Source: Pyrinomonadales bacterium
GTDB lineage: Bacteria; Acidobacteriota; Blastocatellia; Pyrinomonadales; Pyrinomonadaceae
Direction: 5' to 3'
DNA length: 64,000 nt
Assembly: GCA_038235165.1 (NCBI GenBank)
Contig: JBBSUG010000024.1
Span: 2,430-66,429 of the forward strand
The position numbers and the translations under genes are program-made. Within the stretch, counting starts at the first letter, position 1. Each line of letters begins with the position of its first letter. Below, piece by piece: positions 1-8,118 of this stretch. The notes beneath the pieces were generated by a model that was not told the origin of the DNA, did not search any database, and worked only from the letters and a program-made list of their open reading frames with translations.

Positions 1-65
1 TGGCGGCATTCGTTTATCAAACGGCAATGATGGACGGAAAAATTCCGCGCAAAGAAATGAAATAA
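1..65 (+). CDS. 3' end of an unidentified CDS entering from upstream of the window (...AAFVYQTAMMDGKIPRKEMK*)
   Basis: Frame 3 is open from the window edge to TAA at 63-65 and is followed directly by a hairpin plus T-run. Confidence 0.3.
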   Translation, partial: AAFVYQTAMMDGKIPRKEMK

Positions 66-90
66 AAACTGTAAGCAGACAAAATCAAGG

Positions 91-122
91 GGCGAAGGTT
101 GAAAAAACTTTCGCCTTTTTTG
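91..122 (+). terminator. Rho-independent terminator
   Basis: GGCGAAGGTT / AACTTTCGCC stem (9 of 10 bp) followed by TTTTTTGTTT. Confidence 0.6.
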
Positions 123-412
123 TTTGACATAATCAATATCACATCACGGATTTCCTGTCCGAGCGTCAAAGCGAATTGGTTGCTGTCGGGCGGGCGACTG
201 TGTGAGAAAAGTTTTTCAATGGTGTTTTGAGTTTAAACGTGAAACACACTTTAACGCATAACTTAAAAAACGATTTGTTTTGATACTTTTGCTGTCACTG
301 CCGCTTCTAAAGAAAACTCGTGCAAGTTTAGTTCGGTTTCACCGTCAATTTAGAGTGGTAATGGCATCGGCAAATTTGTTTTTGATTCGGCTTGAATCTT
401 GATGAGGTAAAT

Positions 413-1249
413 ATGAAATATGTTTCGGCAGTAATTTTTGTTCTTTTGTTTAGTCTCGGAATTTATTCGCAGGATAAAATCGTGCTGATCGCGCACAATA
501 ATTTTCTGGTCGGCGGAACGCAAAACGGGAAATGGATGACGGAGGCAGAAGTATTGACGAACATAAAGAAACCGACCAAATTTTTCGGGTTCGATTCTTT
601 TAAAAATGAAAAACCTTCCGAAATTTACGGGACAATGAGCGATATGATGGGATGTGGAGCATATTTTTTTCATTTTGGCGGAACGGCAGACATTCCTAAA
701 GAAGTTTCTTTTGATGAGAGTTTGAAACCGAAACTGGCAATCAGCGCAGCTGCCAATTGGAATCCGCTGCCGCGAATGCCGAAAAAACTCGATCTCACGA
801 GTAAAATCTATCAAAAAATCGCGCTCGATTTTCTCACAACCAAGGGATTAAACATCAAAGGTGTAGAACTCGAAAACGCTTTTTCGGTTGATCTCGAAGG
901 CGACGGCAGCGACGAGATTTTTCTCGAGGCGACGACTTACAAAGATAAAGCCGGCGATATTTATTTTCCCTCCGCCCGCGCCGGTGATTATTCGTTTGTT
1001 CTGATGAGAAAAATAATCAACGGCAAACCGAAAGACTTTTTGATCGAGGGCGAATTCAGCCCGAAAAAACCGGCGATTGAAGATTATATCAGCGAGTTCG
1101 ATTTGTCGGCGTTTGCCGATCTCAACGGTGACGGGAAAATGGAAGTGATTCTCAAAGGTTTGTATTCATATGGCGGCGAATCAACGGAGATTTTTGAGTT
1201 GGGTAAGGGCAGTTTGAAAGAAGTTTTGTCGGTCGAATGCGGTGATTGA
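413..1249 (+). CDS. Secreted protein with FG-GAP/VCBS-like Ca-binding motifs
   Basis: GAGG lies 6 nt before the ATG at 413. N-terminal signal peptide MKYVSAVIFVLLFSLGIYSQ. DxDGDGxxE-type motifs DLEGDGSDE and DLNGDGKME. Confidence 0.6.
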   Translation: MKYVSAVIFVLLFSLGIYSQDKIVLIAHNNFLVGGTQNGKWMTEAEVLTNIKKPTKFFGFDSFKNEKPSEIYGTMSDMMGCGAYFFHFGGTADIPKEVSFDESLKPKLAISAAANWNPLPRMPKKLDLTSKIYQKIALDFLTTKGLNIKGVELENAFSVDLEGDGSDEIFLEATTYKDKAGDIYFPSARAGDYSFVLMRKIINGKPKDFLIEGEFSPKKPAIEDYISEFDLSAFADLNGDGKMEVILKGLYSYGGESTEIFELGKGSLKEVLSVECGD

Positions 1250-1348
1250 CCGAACTATCAGAAAGAAACGCGGGCGAAAGTTGAGCGATATAATTTCTGT
1301 TGATATTGCAAACAAAGAAATTTTGCTTGCTTTCGCCCGTTTATTAAT

Positions 1349-2254
1349 ATGATCCAAATATCTAAGTTTTTTTCAGTTTTTTTGCTTTTATCAGCGTTGC
1401 TTTTCGGAAACGCTGCCGCGCAAGTTGTCAAAAATAATCCAAATCAAAAAACGGAACAAAAATCCGACGAATTTTTAGGCTTAAAACTGCGCCCGGAAGT
1501 TCGAGCAATCGTCAAAGAAATTGAGCAGAAATCGGGCAGAAAAGTTTTCCGGCAGTTTACCGAAATGAAGGAATTTATGTTCGGTGCGAGTTATGTCGCC
1601 GAAGACGGTTCGCCAGTCGTTTTAGCTGATTATGGTTTGAAAGACGATCCGAAAAAACTAGAAACCGTCGTCGCTCACGAACTTTTGCATCTCCGTCTGC
1701 GCGTCAGCGGTTATCCGACGTTTCAGTTTTCGGAAAGCGTCAATACCGCCAAAGGACGGGCGATTGACACGGAACAGGACACGCTCAACGATGTCACGAG
1801 TTTGATCGAACACCAGATTTTCAAAGCCGATATGGAGCGGTTCGGTTTATATAAATACGTTGATCTGGCAGGCGATACCGCCGCCGTTGCAAAGAAAAAC
1901 AAGAGCCGGGACGAAGGACAATCCGACGGCATAAATTACGCCCGCGCGATCTTGGAATATCAGAATGCAGCAGACATTGCCGAAGTGCGAAAAATTTACA
2001 CGGCAAATAAATGGACGCGGGCTTTGCGCGACGGTGAAGCGATTGCCGTATTTATCAAAACGGCGAATATCCGTGCGCCGAAAGATGTGGACACGATTTT
2101 TTTAAAATGTCTCTCACAGCTTTTTCCGCTGCCGGGTTCCGTTTATAATTACAAATTAACGCTTGCTCCGAATAAAAAAGTCGAACGACTGATGATCGTT
2201 AGCATTGCGCGGCGGAAGGCAGCGGCGCGAAAGAGTCCGTCGAAACGAAACTGA
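1349..2254 (+). CDS. Secreted hypothetical protein with HExxH motif (putative zinc metallopeptidase-like)
   Basis: Signal peptide (FSVFLLLSALLFGNAAAQ) and the motif VVAHELLHLRL. No other family recognised. Confidence 0.5.
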   Translation: MIQISKFFSVFLLLSALLFGNAAAQVVKNNPNQKTEQKSDEFLGLKLRPEVRAIVKEIEQKSGRKVFRQFTEMKEFMFGASYVAEDGSPVVLADYGLKDDPKKLETVVAHELLHLRLRVSGYPTFQFSESVNTAKGRAIDTEQDTLNDVTSLIEHQIFKADMERFGLYKYVDLAGDTAAVAKKNKSRDEGQSDGINYARAILEYQNAADIAEVRKIYTANKWTRALRDGEAIAVFIKTANIRAPKDVDTIFLKCLSQLFPLPGSVYNYKLTLAPNKKVERLMIVSIARRKAAARKSPSKRN

Positions 2255-2261
2255 TAAATAT

Positions 2262-3455
2262 ATGAAGGCTCTGATTTGTCCGCAGTGCGGCGGGAAAATG
2301 ACGGATTACACGCCGTCTGATACTTTCGCTGTCTGCGGTTACTGCGGAACAAAATTCGTGATTGAACGCGAACCGCCGAAACCTCCGCCGTTTGCGCCGA
2401 CTCCCGCACGGCTGAACGCTGCGATGTCGCCGCAACAGCTTTTGATGACGATTGCCGCCTGTGCCGCCATCGGTTTGGGTTTAATAATTTTCATCGTGAT
2501 TGTTTCAAATAAAAAGAATCAGCCGGAAACTCCTTACGTTGGTTACACACCGCCGACACCGAGAACTTTATATACGCCGCCGCCTTCACCGACTCCGACC
2601 CCGAACTTAAATCTGCTCGAATTCGGCGGCAAAGGCACTGGCAACGGTCTTTTTAACGATGCCGATTCGATTGCGGTTGACGGGCAGGGCAGAATTTACG
2701 TCGGCGACGATTCTCTGCGCGTGCAGCAGTTTGACGCGCAGGGGAAATTTTTGAAGTTGTGGCAAATTCCGTCTCAAACAAAATTCTACCGCCGCGCGCG
2801 AACAATTCAAAAAGTTGCGGTTGATCAGGATAATCGGCTGTATGTGCTGGTTGGCGGAACGCTTTTAATCTACGAAAATGACGGCAGCGAACCGTCGAAC
2901 ACGCTCGAATCCGCGCCGAGCGCATTACAGGATTTCGCGCTGCGAAGCGATGGCGGAATTTTGATTATGTCTAACAATGGCAGCATCGAAACACTGATTA
3001 TTCTCAACAAAAACAAAAAATTGATTCGCTCGATCAAAGGTTTTCACACTGATACCGCCGACGCTTCGATGTCACCGGCATCGGTTGGTCTGGCGGCGAT
3101 TCGCATTGCCGTTGACGGCACAGGCAATATCTATTCGATTTACGCGCTCGGCGATTTGGGTAGCTATCAGCTTTCATACAACCCGGAAGATTTTATGACT
3201 TTTCGCTTTACGCCTGAAGGCAGATACGTTAATAAATTTTTTCAAACGATGAATTCCGTCGGCATCGAAGTTGATAATCAAAGCCGCATTTACATCTCCA
3301 ACAATAAGAGCATCATCGTCTATTCCAACATCGGCGAATCTTTCAGTTTGATTAACAATTTAGCGGGTGTCAACGCTTTTGCGCTCGACAAAGAAAATAA
3401 TGTTTATATCGTTCACAACGACCTGGTTATCAAACGCGCCGCCGTGCAGCAATAA
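2262..3455 (+). CDS. Zinc-ribbon / single-TM / NHL-like beta-propeller repeat protein
   Basis: The ATG at 2262 gives MKALICPQCGGKM...CGYCGTKF (CxxC...CxxC). A TM segment and a PT-rich linker follow, then repeated GxxxFxxPxxIAVDxxGxIYV-type NHL motifs. I judge the 2205 start in the track to be an upstream extension. Confidence 0.6.
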   Translation: MKALICPQCGGKMTDYTPSDTFAVCGYCGTKFVIEREPPKPPPFAPTPARLNAAMSPQQLLMTIAACAAIGLGLIIFIVIVSNKKNQPETPYVGYTPPTPRTLYTPPPSPTPTPNLNLLEFGGKGTGNGLFNDADSIAVDGQGRIYVGDDSLRVQQFDAQGKFLKLWQIPSQTKFYRRARTIQKVAVDQDNRLYVLVGGTLLIYENDGSEPSNTLESAPSALQDFALRSDGGILIMSNNGSIETLIILNKNKKLIRSIKGFHTDTADASMSPASVGLAAIRIAVDGTGNIYSIYALGDLGSYQLSYNPEDFMTFRFTPEGRYVNKFFQTMNSVGIEVDNQSRIYISNNKSIIVYSNIGESFSLINNLAGVNAFALDKENNVYIVHNDLVIKRAAVQQ

Positions 3456-3466
3456 TGCAAAAACCT

Positions 3467-3509
3467 GGACGAAGTAAGGGCGACATCGTATCACGCCCTT
3501 ACTTCGTCC
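3467..3509. terminator. Bidirectional terminator hairpin (16-bp perfect stem) between convergent genes
   Basis: GGACGAAGTAAGGGCG (3467-3482) pairs with CGCCCTTACTTCGTCC (3494-3509). The right arm supplies the stop codon of the GNAT gene. Confidence 0.7.
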
Positions 3510-3993
3510 GAGCTTCTGCATAAAAATTTAAATCGAGTTCCAAATAAAGCGTTTCATCGTATGGGTTTTGATAATAAGCCGGAACTTGACGAAATCCGTG
3601 CGATTCGTAAATTTTAACGGCTTGTGCCATTTTACCGGGCAGCGTGTCGAGCCGCATTTTTTGGTAACCGATCAAACGCGCTTCTTCGATCACTTTTTCG
3701 ATGAGTTTAACGCCCAACCCCGCACCGCGAAATTCGTCGCGCAGGTAAAGCCGTTTCATCTCGCAAGTGTTTTCTTCTAACTTTCGCAGGGCGATACAAC
3801 CGGCGATTGCGTTGTCAACCGAAGCCAATAAAAGCCGCCCGTCCGGTTTCGCGTACTTGCCGGGTAAGTTGGCAACTTCCGCTTCAAACCCCTGAAAACA
3901 AATATCGAGATTGAGCCATTTTTCGTATTCGCGGAACAGGCGGCGAATTTGTTCGATTTGTTCGGCGTTCTCAGCCTGAAAAATTTTGATCAT
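3499..3993 (-). CDS. GNAT family N-acetyltransferase
   Basis: Acetyl-CoA binding motif RGAGLGVKLIE in the typical GNAT beta4-alpha3 region. Overlaps ribE by 4 nt. Confidence 0.8.
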   Translation of the reverse strand: MIKIFQAENAEQIEQIRRLFREYEKWLNLDICFQGFEAEVANLPGKYAKPDGRLLLASVDNAIAGCIALRKLEENTCEMKRLYLRDEFRGAGLGVKLIEKVIEEARLIGYQKMRLDTLPGKMAQAVKIYESHGFRQVPAYYQNPYDETLYLELDLNFYAEARTK

Positions 3994-4640
3994 ACAAAGC
4001 CGAGGTCGTGCAGTTTTTCCATCGTGATGTTTTCATTTTTCTTTTCCGCTTTGCCGTAAAGCAGTATTCGTTCGACGTATTTGGCGATCACGTCAACTTC
4101 CAAATTGACCGCCGCACCGTTTGGTAGACTCGATAAATTCGTCAATTCCCACGTTTTCGGAATCACCGCGATTTCAAAATAGTCGTCTGTCAAATTTGCA
4201 ATCGTCAGCGAAATTCCCTCGACCGAAACCGAACCTTTTTCAACCAGATACTGCCGGATTTCCGCCGGAAACGCGACGCGCACCGTCCAGAAATCGCCGT
4301 CCTGTTGCGCCTGCAAAAACTTTCCGCGAGCATCAACGTGACCCTGGACGATATGACCGCCGAGCCGCGTTGCTGGCGTGACGGCGCGTTCGAGATTGAC
4401 CTTCGAGTTCATTTGCAACCCGCCGAGCGTCGAACAGTTCAAAGTCTCCTGCGAAACATCCGCCGAAAACTCATTTGCCGTGATCTTCAAAGCCGTCAGA
4501 CAAACGCCATTGACGGCAATCGAATCGCCCTCGGCAGTTTGGTCGGTAACGATTTTCGCGGCGATTTTTAATTTCGCTCCGCCCGCGTGTTTTTCGAGAG
4601 CGGTAATCTTTCCCAATTCTTCGATAATTCCGGTAAACAT
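3990..4640 (-). CDS. ribE: Riboflavin synthase alpha chain
   Basis: MFTGIIEELG start, duplicated lumazine-binding halves, SIAVNGVCLT, GGHIVQGHVD. Confidence 0.9.
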   Translation of the reverse strand: MFTGIIEELGKITALEKHAGGAKLKIAAKIVTDQTAEGDSIAVNGVCLTALKITANEFSADVSQETLNCSTLGGLQMNSKVNLERAVTPATRLGGHIVQGHVDARGKFLQAQQDGDFWTVRVAFPAEIRQYLVEKGSVSVEGISLTIANLTDDYFEIAVIPKTWELTNLSSLPNGAAVNLEVDVIAKYVERILLYGKAEKKNENITMEKLHDLGFV

Positions 4641-4761
4641 AAAATTCCTTTTTATTTATTCGGCTAAACCTTTTATTTACAATTACTTACAAGTTAATTC
4701 AAGTTGCACAAAAACCTTTATGTATCTAACTATGTAGCCGGTTGCTGCAACTTTGCCTTTT

Positions 4762-5817
4762 TTAGACTGCTTTTGCTTTCCTTTTCTGCATTTGGTTTGC
4801 CGCGTCCTTTTTGATTGATTCCGACGGATGCGCGTATCTTGTCACTTCGTCAAGCGATGAATGCCCGAGCATCGAAGCCAGGGTTAAAAGATCAACTCCG
4901 TTTTCTAAAACCCGCGTCGCAAAAGTATGGCGGCAATCATACATCCGAAACTTTAGGTTTGCCCGTGTTATCGCAGTTTGATGTTGATCGTTTAGCTGAT
5001 AAGTGGACGTTTCGCCGTCGCGGTCGCCTTTCGGGAAAAGACATTCCCCGGTGAAGCGGTCAATTCTCAATTTCAAAATCTTTGTTGTCCGGTCCGACAA
5101 CCAAACTTTTCGATTTGACGATTTTGTCTTACTGCCGACGATCTGCAAAAAACCTTGTTCAAGATTAACATTTTGACGCTTCAATTCGTAAACCTCACTT
5201 GGACGCATCCCGGTTGCCAGCATCAAAGCGGCGGCATCTTGAAGCGGCTGTGGACAAGCTAACAGGTAGAGTTTTTCTTCGTCGTCTGAAATGACGTGAA
5301 AACTTCTCTCATTCGGCGCAAGCTGTTTTATATCACGCGCCGGACTCTTACTTAAAACGTCCTTTGACACCAGCCGTTTGAAAATTGTTTTCAGTGCAAT
5401 CAACTCTAAATTGACCGTATCACGGGTTACGGGTTTGCCGGTCTTTTGCGAAGTTTGCCGGGAACGCCAACGGATAAATTTCTCTACGTCTTTCGGTTCG
5501 ATGCGGTCAACCTTTGTTTCTTTGAAGTATATTTTCAAAGACTGGCAAGAATATCTGATACGGACAAATGAATTCGGCTTTTGAGCGTGTTCGACTTCCG
5601 ACATTTTCAAAAAGTCTTCGACCGCGCGGCTAAACGCCGGTGCTTTTTGTTTCGGTTTGATTCCGATCTTACCCAAAGCAAGCTGCGTGCGATATGCCGA
5701 CTCAACCGTCAAAGCATCGCGTTTATTGGTAACTTGCGAAGACTTTTGAATCAATTCGCCGTTGAAGTAAAACTTAAACCACCAGTATTTTGAATTTTCC
5801 CGTTTGAATAATGACAT
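4762..5817 (-). CDS. Tyrosine recombinase / phage-type integrase
   Basis: N-terminal SAM-like domain (WWFKFYFNG). Catalytic residues in LATGMRPSEV (R), HTFATR (HxxR) and LGHSSLDEVTRYAH (Y). Start taken at MSLFKRE. Confidence 0.9.
   Translation of the reverse strand: MSLFKRENSKYWWFKFYFNGELIQKSSQVTNKRDALTVESAYRTQLALGKIGIKPKQKAPAFSRAVEDFLKMSEVEHAQKPNSFVRIRYSCQSLKIYFKETKVDRIEPKDVEKFIRWRSRQTSQKTGKPVTRDTVNLELIALKTIFKRLVSKDVLSKSPARDIKQLAPNERSFHVISDDEEKLYLLACPQPLQDAAALMLATGMRPSEVYELKRQNVNLEQGFLQIVGSKTKSSNRKVWLSDRTTKILKLRIDRFTGECLFPKGDRDGETSTYQLNDQHQTAITRANLKFRMYDCRHTFATRVLENGVDLLTLASMLGHSSLDEVTRYAHPSESIKKDAANQMQKRKAKAV
4763..4778. repeat. Left copy of a 16-bp perfect inverted repeat (partner 16151-16166)
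   Basis: TAGACTGCTTTTGCTT here is the reverse complement of AAGCAAAAGCAGTCTA at 16151-16166. It overlaps the integrase stop codon. Confidence 0.85.
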
Positions 5818-5818
5818 T

Positions 5819-6691
5819 TTATTTTTGCTTCCTTTCGTTTTGATAACAATTACATCTCGTATTTGGGCGAATGCACTTCTCACAGTATGGAGTTCTGTCG
5901 TTTTTGTATCTTTGTCTTCTACGCTCCGTATTTATTTGATCTTTATTTTTTTGCACAAACTTTTTCTGTCGCATTGAATTGCTGCATTCTTTACAAAATT
6001 CATTTTCTACGTTTTTGTTTAATCTTTTTAGCCAAAAAAAATCCTTGCAGTTTGAGCAATTCTTAATTCGTCTTATGTCTGCGCTATCACCGATTAAAAC
6101 GTCAAACGGGAAATCGTATGCACCTTTTAGAACCCCATTGACAATGTTGAGCGAGTGAAATCTAAAACTATGCAAAAAGTCTGTTAATTTTGCGCCTCGT
6201 GTGTCTTTCCATTCTCGAATTACTGGTTTGTTTTCTGTTTTGGTTGTTGGATAATTTAGATCACTCAATTCAATAATTTTATGAAGTCCTTCTCTCGCAG
6301 CCGAAGCCGAACTTATTGCTGACGTTAATTCGCGTAGCGGGTTGAACCAGTGTTCAGAGCGTTCATAGCGAGAGGCTCGCTCGCCCCGCTCAAATTCAAC
6401 CCAAGAAACTTCCCATTTTTGCGGATGCGTCTCCGACATAATTTCTATCGTTTCACCATCCAGAAAAGCTAACAATTTTGGGCAATGATTGAAAAAATCC
6501 TTTGGCAGAGTTTGAGTAAGTTCGGCAAATCTTCTTTTGGCTTGTTCTTTAGTTTTGGCTGCAAAAAGATGCTCTATGCCAATTTCGGACGCTAACGAAT
6601 GAGGGAAGCCTTTAGGCAATGAGTTTGCCTGATTTATGACTTCGCCTATCTTCGGCGGGCATTCAGAAATCTTTTCTTTGGTTTTTGGCAT
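5819..6691 (-). CDS. Hypothetical 290-aa protein with Cys-rich basic C-terminus
   Basis: AT-rich ORF whose stop lies 1 nt before the integrase ATG. C-terminus has CSNCKDFF...CKECS...CEKC...CNC plus Lys/Arg runs. No family recognised. Confidence 0.55.
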   Translation of the reverse strand: MPKTKEKISECPPKIGEVINQANSLPKGFPHSLASEIGIEHLFAAKTKEQAKRRFAELTQTLPKDFFNHCPKLLAFLDGETIEIMSETHPQKWEVSWVEFERGERASRYERSEHWFNPLRELTSAISSASAAREGLHKIIELSDLNYPTTKTENKPVIREWKDTRGAKLTDFLHSFRFHSLNIVNGVLKGAYDFPFDVLIGDSADIRRIKNCSNCKDFFWLKRLNKNVENEFCKECSNSMRQKKFVQKNKDQINTERRRQRYKNDRTPYCEKCIRPNTRCNCYQNERKQK

Positions 6692-6834
6692 AACGCTTAT
6701 TTTCCCTAAATAAAAAATAATGACTAAAGTGCAAACCGCAATTACTTGATAAGTCTCAATATATCTCTAAAATACATCATAGATGCTTTAGAAAGCAGTG
6801 TCAATTTATGCGTTATACCAAATAGAGAAATTAA

Positions 6835-7044
6835 ATGTTAGAAATTATTGCAGAAAAAAATAGCAGAGTTGCGGTTTCGGTTGACGAAGCCGCGAAAATC
6901 AGCAGTTTGAGCAAGCCGTTTTTGCGAAATGAAATCCGCAACGGCAATTTACCCGTCAAGCGTCCGGGAAATTCCCGGCGCGTCGTAATTATGATGTCCG
7001 ATTTTATGGATTATCTAAATGGGGAAACCAATGAAGCAAAATGA
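6835..7044 (+). CDS. Excisionase-family / AlpA-like HTH DNA-binding protein
   Basis: VSVDEAAKISSLSKPFLRNEIRNGNLPVKRPGNSRRVVI matches the MerR-type excisionase HTH pattern. Divergent from the integrase operon. Confidence 0.75.
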   Translation: MLEIIAEKNSRVAVSVDEAAKISSLSKPFLRNEIRNGNLPVKRPGNSRRVVIMMSDFMDYLNGETNEAK

Positions 7045-7450
7045 AAAAAGCATCGCTGCAAACGATGCCTTTAGAAACCTAACTAACGAACTAAATAACC
7101 AACCAAACAATATGAATAGTAACCCAAATCAACCAATTTTTCAACCACCGCCGATCACCGCCGCGCGAACGAACCGCGAACTGCTCGAATCAACCAAACT
7201 TTCGCGTCTGCCGCGATTGCCGGAACGTCGTCCGACTGCTTTCGACAACACGCCGAAGCCGGTTGTCGTCGTTTCAACTTGCGCCGGGTGCGGCGTTCGT
7301 CTCGATACCGACGATCCGATTCAACAAACATTTACCGGCTGCCGCAAGTGCGTTGGGATTTACGGACGGCTCGACGCGGCGTTTGCTGAAAATGCCGAAC
7401 GTAAAAGAAAAGAATTGCTCGAAAAAATGACGGGGGGTTTCAGCCGATGA
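7031..7450 (+). CDS. Hypothetical protein with CxxC...CxxC
   Basis: ORF overlaps the excisionase stop. Contains CAGCGVRL...GCRKC. Start (7019 or 7031) is uncertain. Confidence 0.45.
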   Translation: MKQNEKSIAANDAFRNLTNELNNQPNNMNSNPNQPIFQPPPITAARTNRELLESTKLSRLPRLPERRPTAFDNTPKPVVVVSTCAGCGVRLDTDDPIQQTFTGCRKCVGIYGRLDAAFAENAERKRKELLEKMTGGFSR

Positions 7451-8118
7451 ACCGCCAACCATTAACCGAAACGGATTATCAATATTTTGCCGAAAGTTTC
7501 TGTTCGCGTGAATTTGTCGAATTATTCGGCATTTTCCGCGCGGGCGATGAAGACGCGGCGGAAATGCTCGGACGGAAGCGAAATGCTTCCGTTAAATGGG
7601 AATCGGTTGCTTTCCCGCATTACGACACGAACGGAAAAATAACCGAATACTGCTTCAAACCCGAGAACCCGGAAACGGAAACGCAGCCGGACGGAACGAA
7701 AAACCCGAAATACAAATATCTTTTTCCGCCGGGACGCGGCGGCATTCTTTATTTTTCACCAACCGCCAACAAACAACTATTCACCGACATTTCAAAACCG
7801 CTCGTCATTACCGAAGGCAAAAAACAACTGATCTCACTGACAAGAGTTGCCACAGGCGACAACCCGCAGGCGACGGACTGGCACTTTTTGCCCGTTGCGA
7901 TTAACGGCGTTTGGGGTTGGCGGAACAAAGCGACGGGCGGCGTGATTCAACAGTTTGACGAAATAGCTTTCCAGTTTCGCGCTGTTTATCTAGTCTTCGA
8001 TGCCGACGTTTCGACTAACTGGCAGGTTCGCTATGCACGGCAACAACTTGCCTTGGAACTCCAGCGGCGCGGCGCGATTGTTTATCTTGCAAATTTAACA
8101 CCGGGAGGTTTGAAATAA
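7447..8118 (+). CDS. Toprim-domain (DUF3854-like) protein, putative primase component
   Basis: Toprim signature: Glu in VITEGKKQ and DxD in YLVFDADV. ATGA overlap with the upstream ORF. Confidence 0.6.
   Translation: MNRQPLTETDYQYFAESFCSREFVELFGIFRAGDEDAAEMLGRKRNASVKWESVAFPHYDTNGKITEYCFKPENPETETQPDGTKNPKYKYLFPPGRGGILYFSPTANKQLFTDISKPLVITEGKKQLISLTRVATGDNPQATDWHFLPVAINGVWGWRNKATGGVIQQFDEIAFQFRAVYLVFDADVSTNWQVRYARQQLALELQRRGAIVYLANLTPGGLK

Noticed and set aside
350-814. 154-aa minus-strand ORF with a non-ATG start.
   Set aside because: It lies antisense to and fully overlaps the better-supported secreted-protein gene (413-1249). It has no motif and odd composition.
2205-2261. Upstream extension of the NHL-repeat gene (MRGGRQRRERVRR...).
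   Set aside because: It overlaps the previous gene's 3' end. The ATG at 2262 starts directly with the zinc-ribbon motif.
4641-4761. FMN riboswitch or tRNA attB upstream of ribE.
   Set aside because: The 120-bp AT-rich gap has none of the conserved RFN-element helices and no cloverleaf.
7596-7904. 102-aa alternative-frame ORF.
   Set aside because: It lies inside the Toprim-like gene in another frame and has Arg-rich shadow composition.
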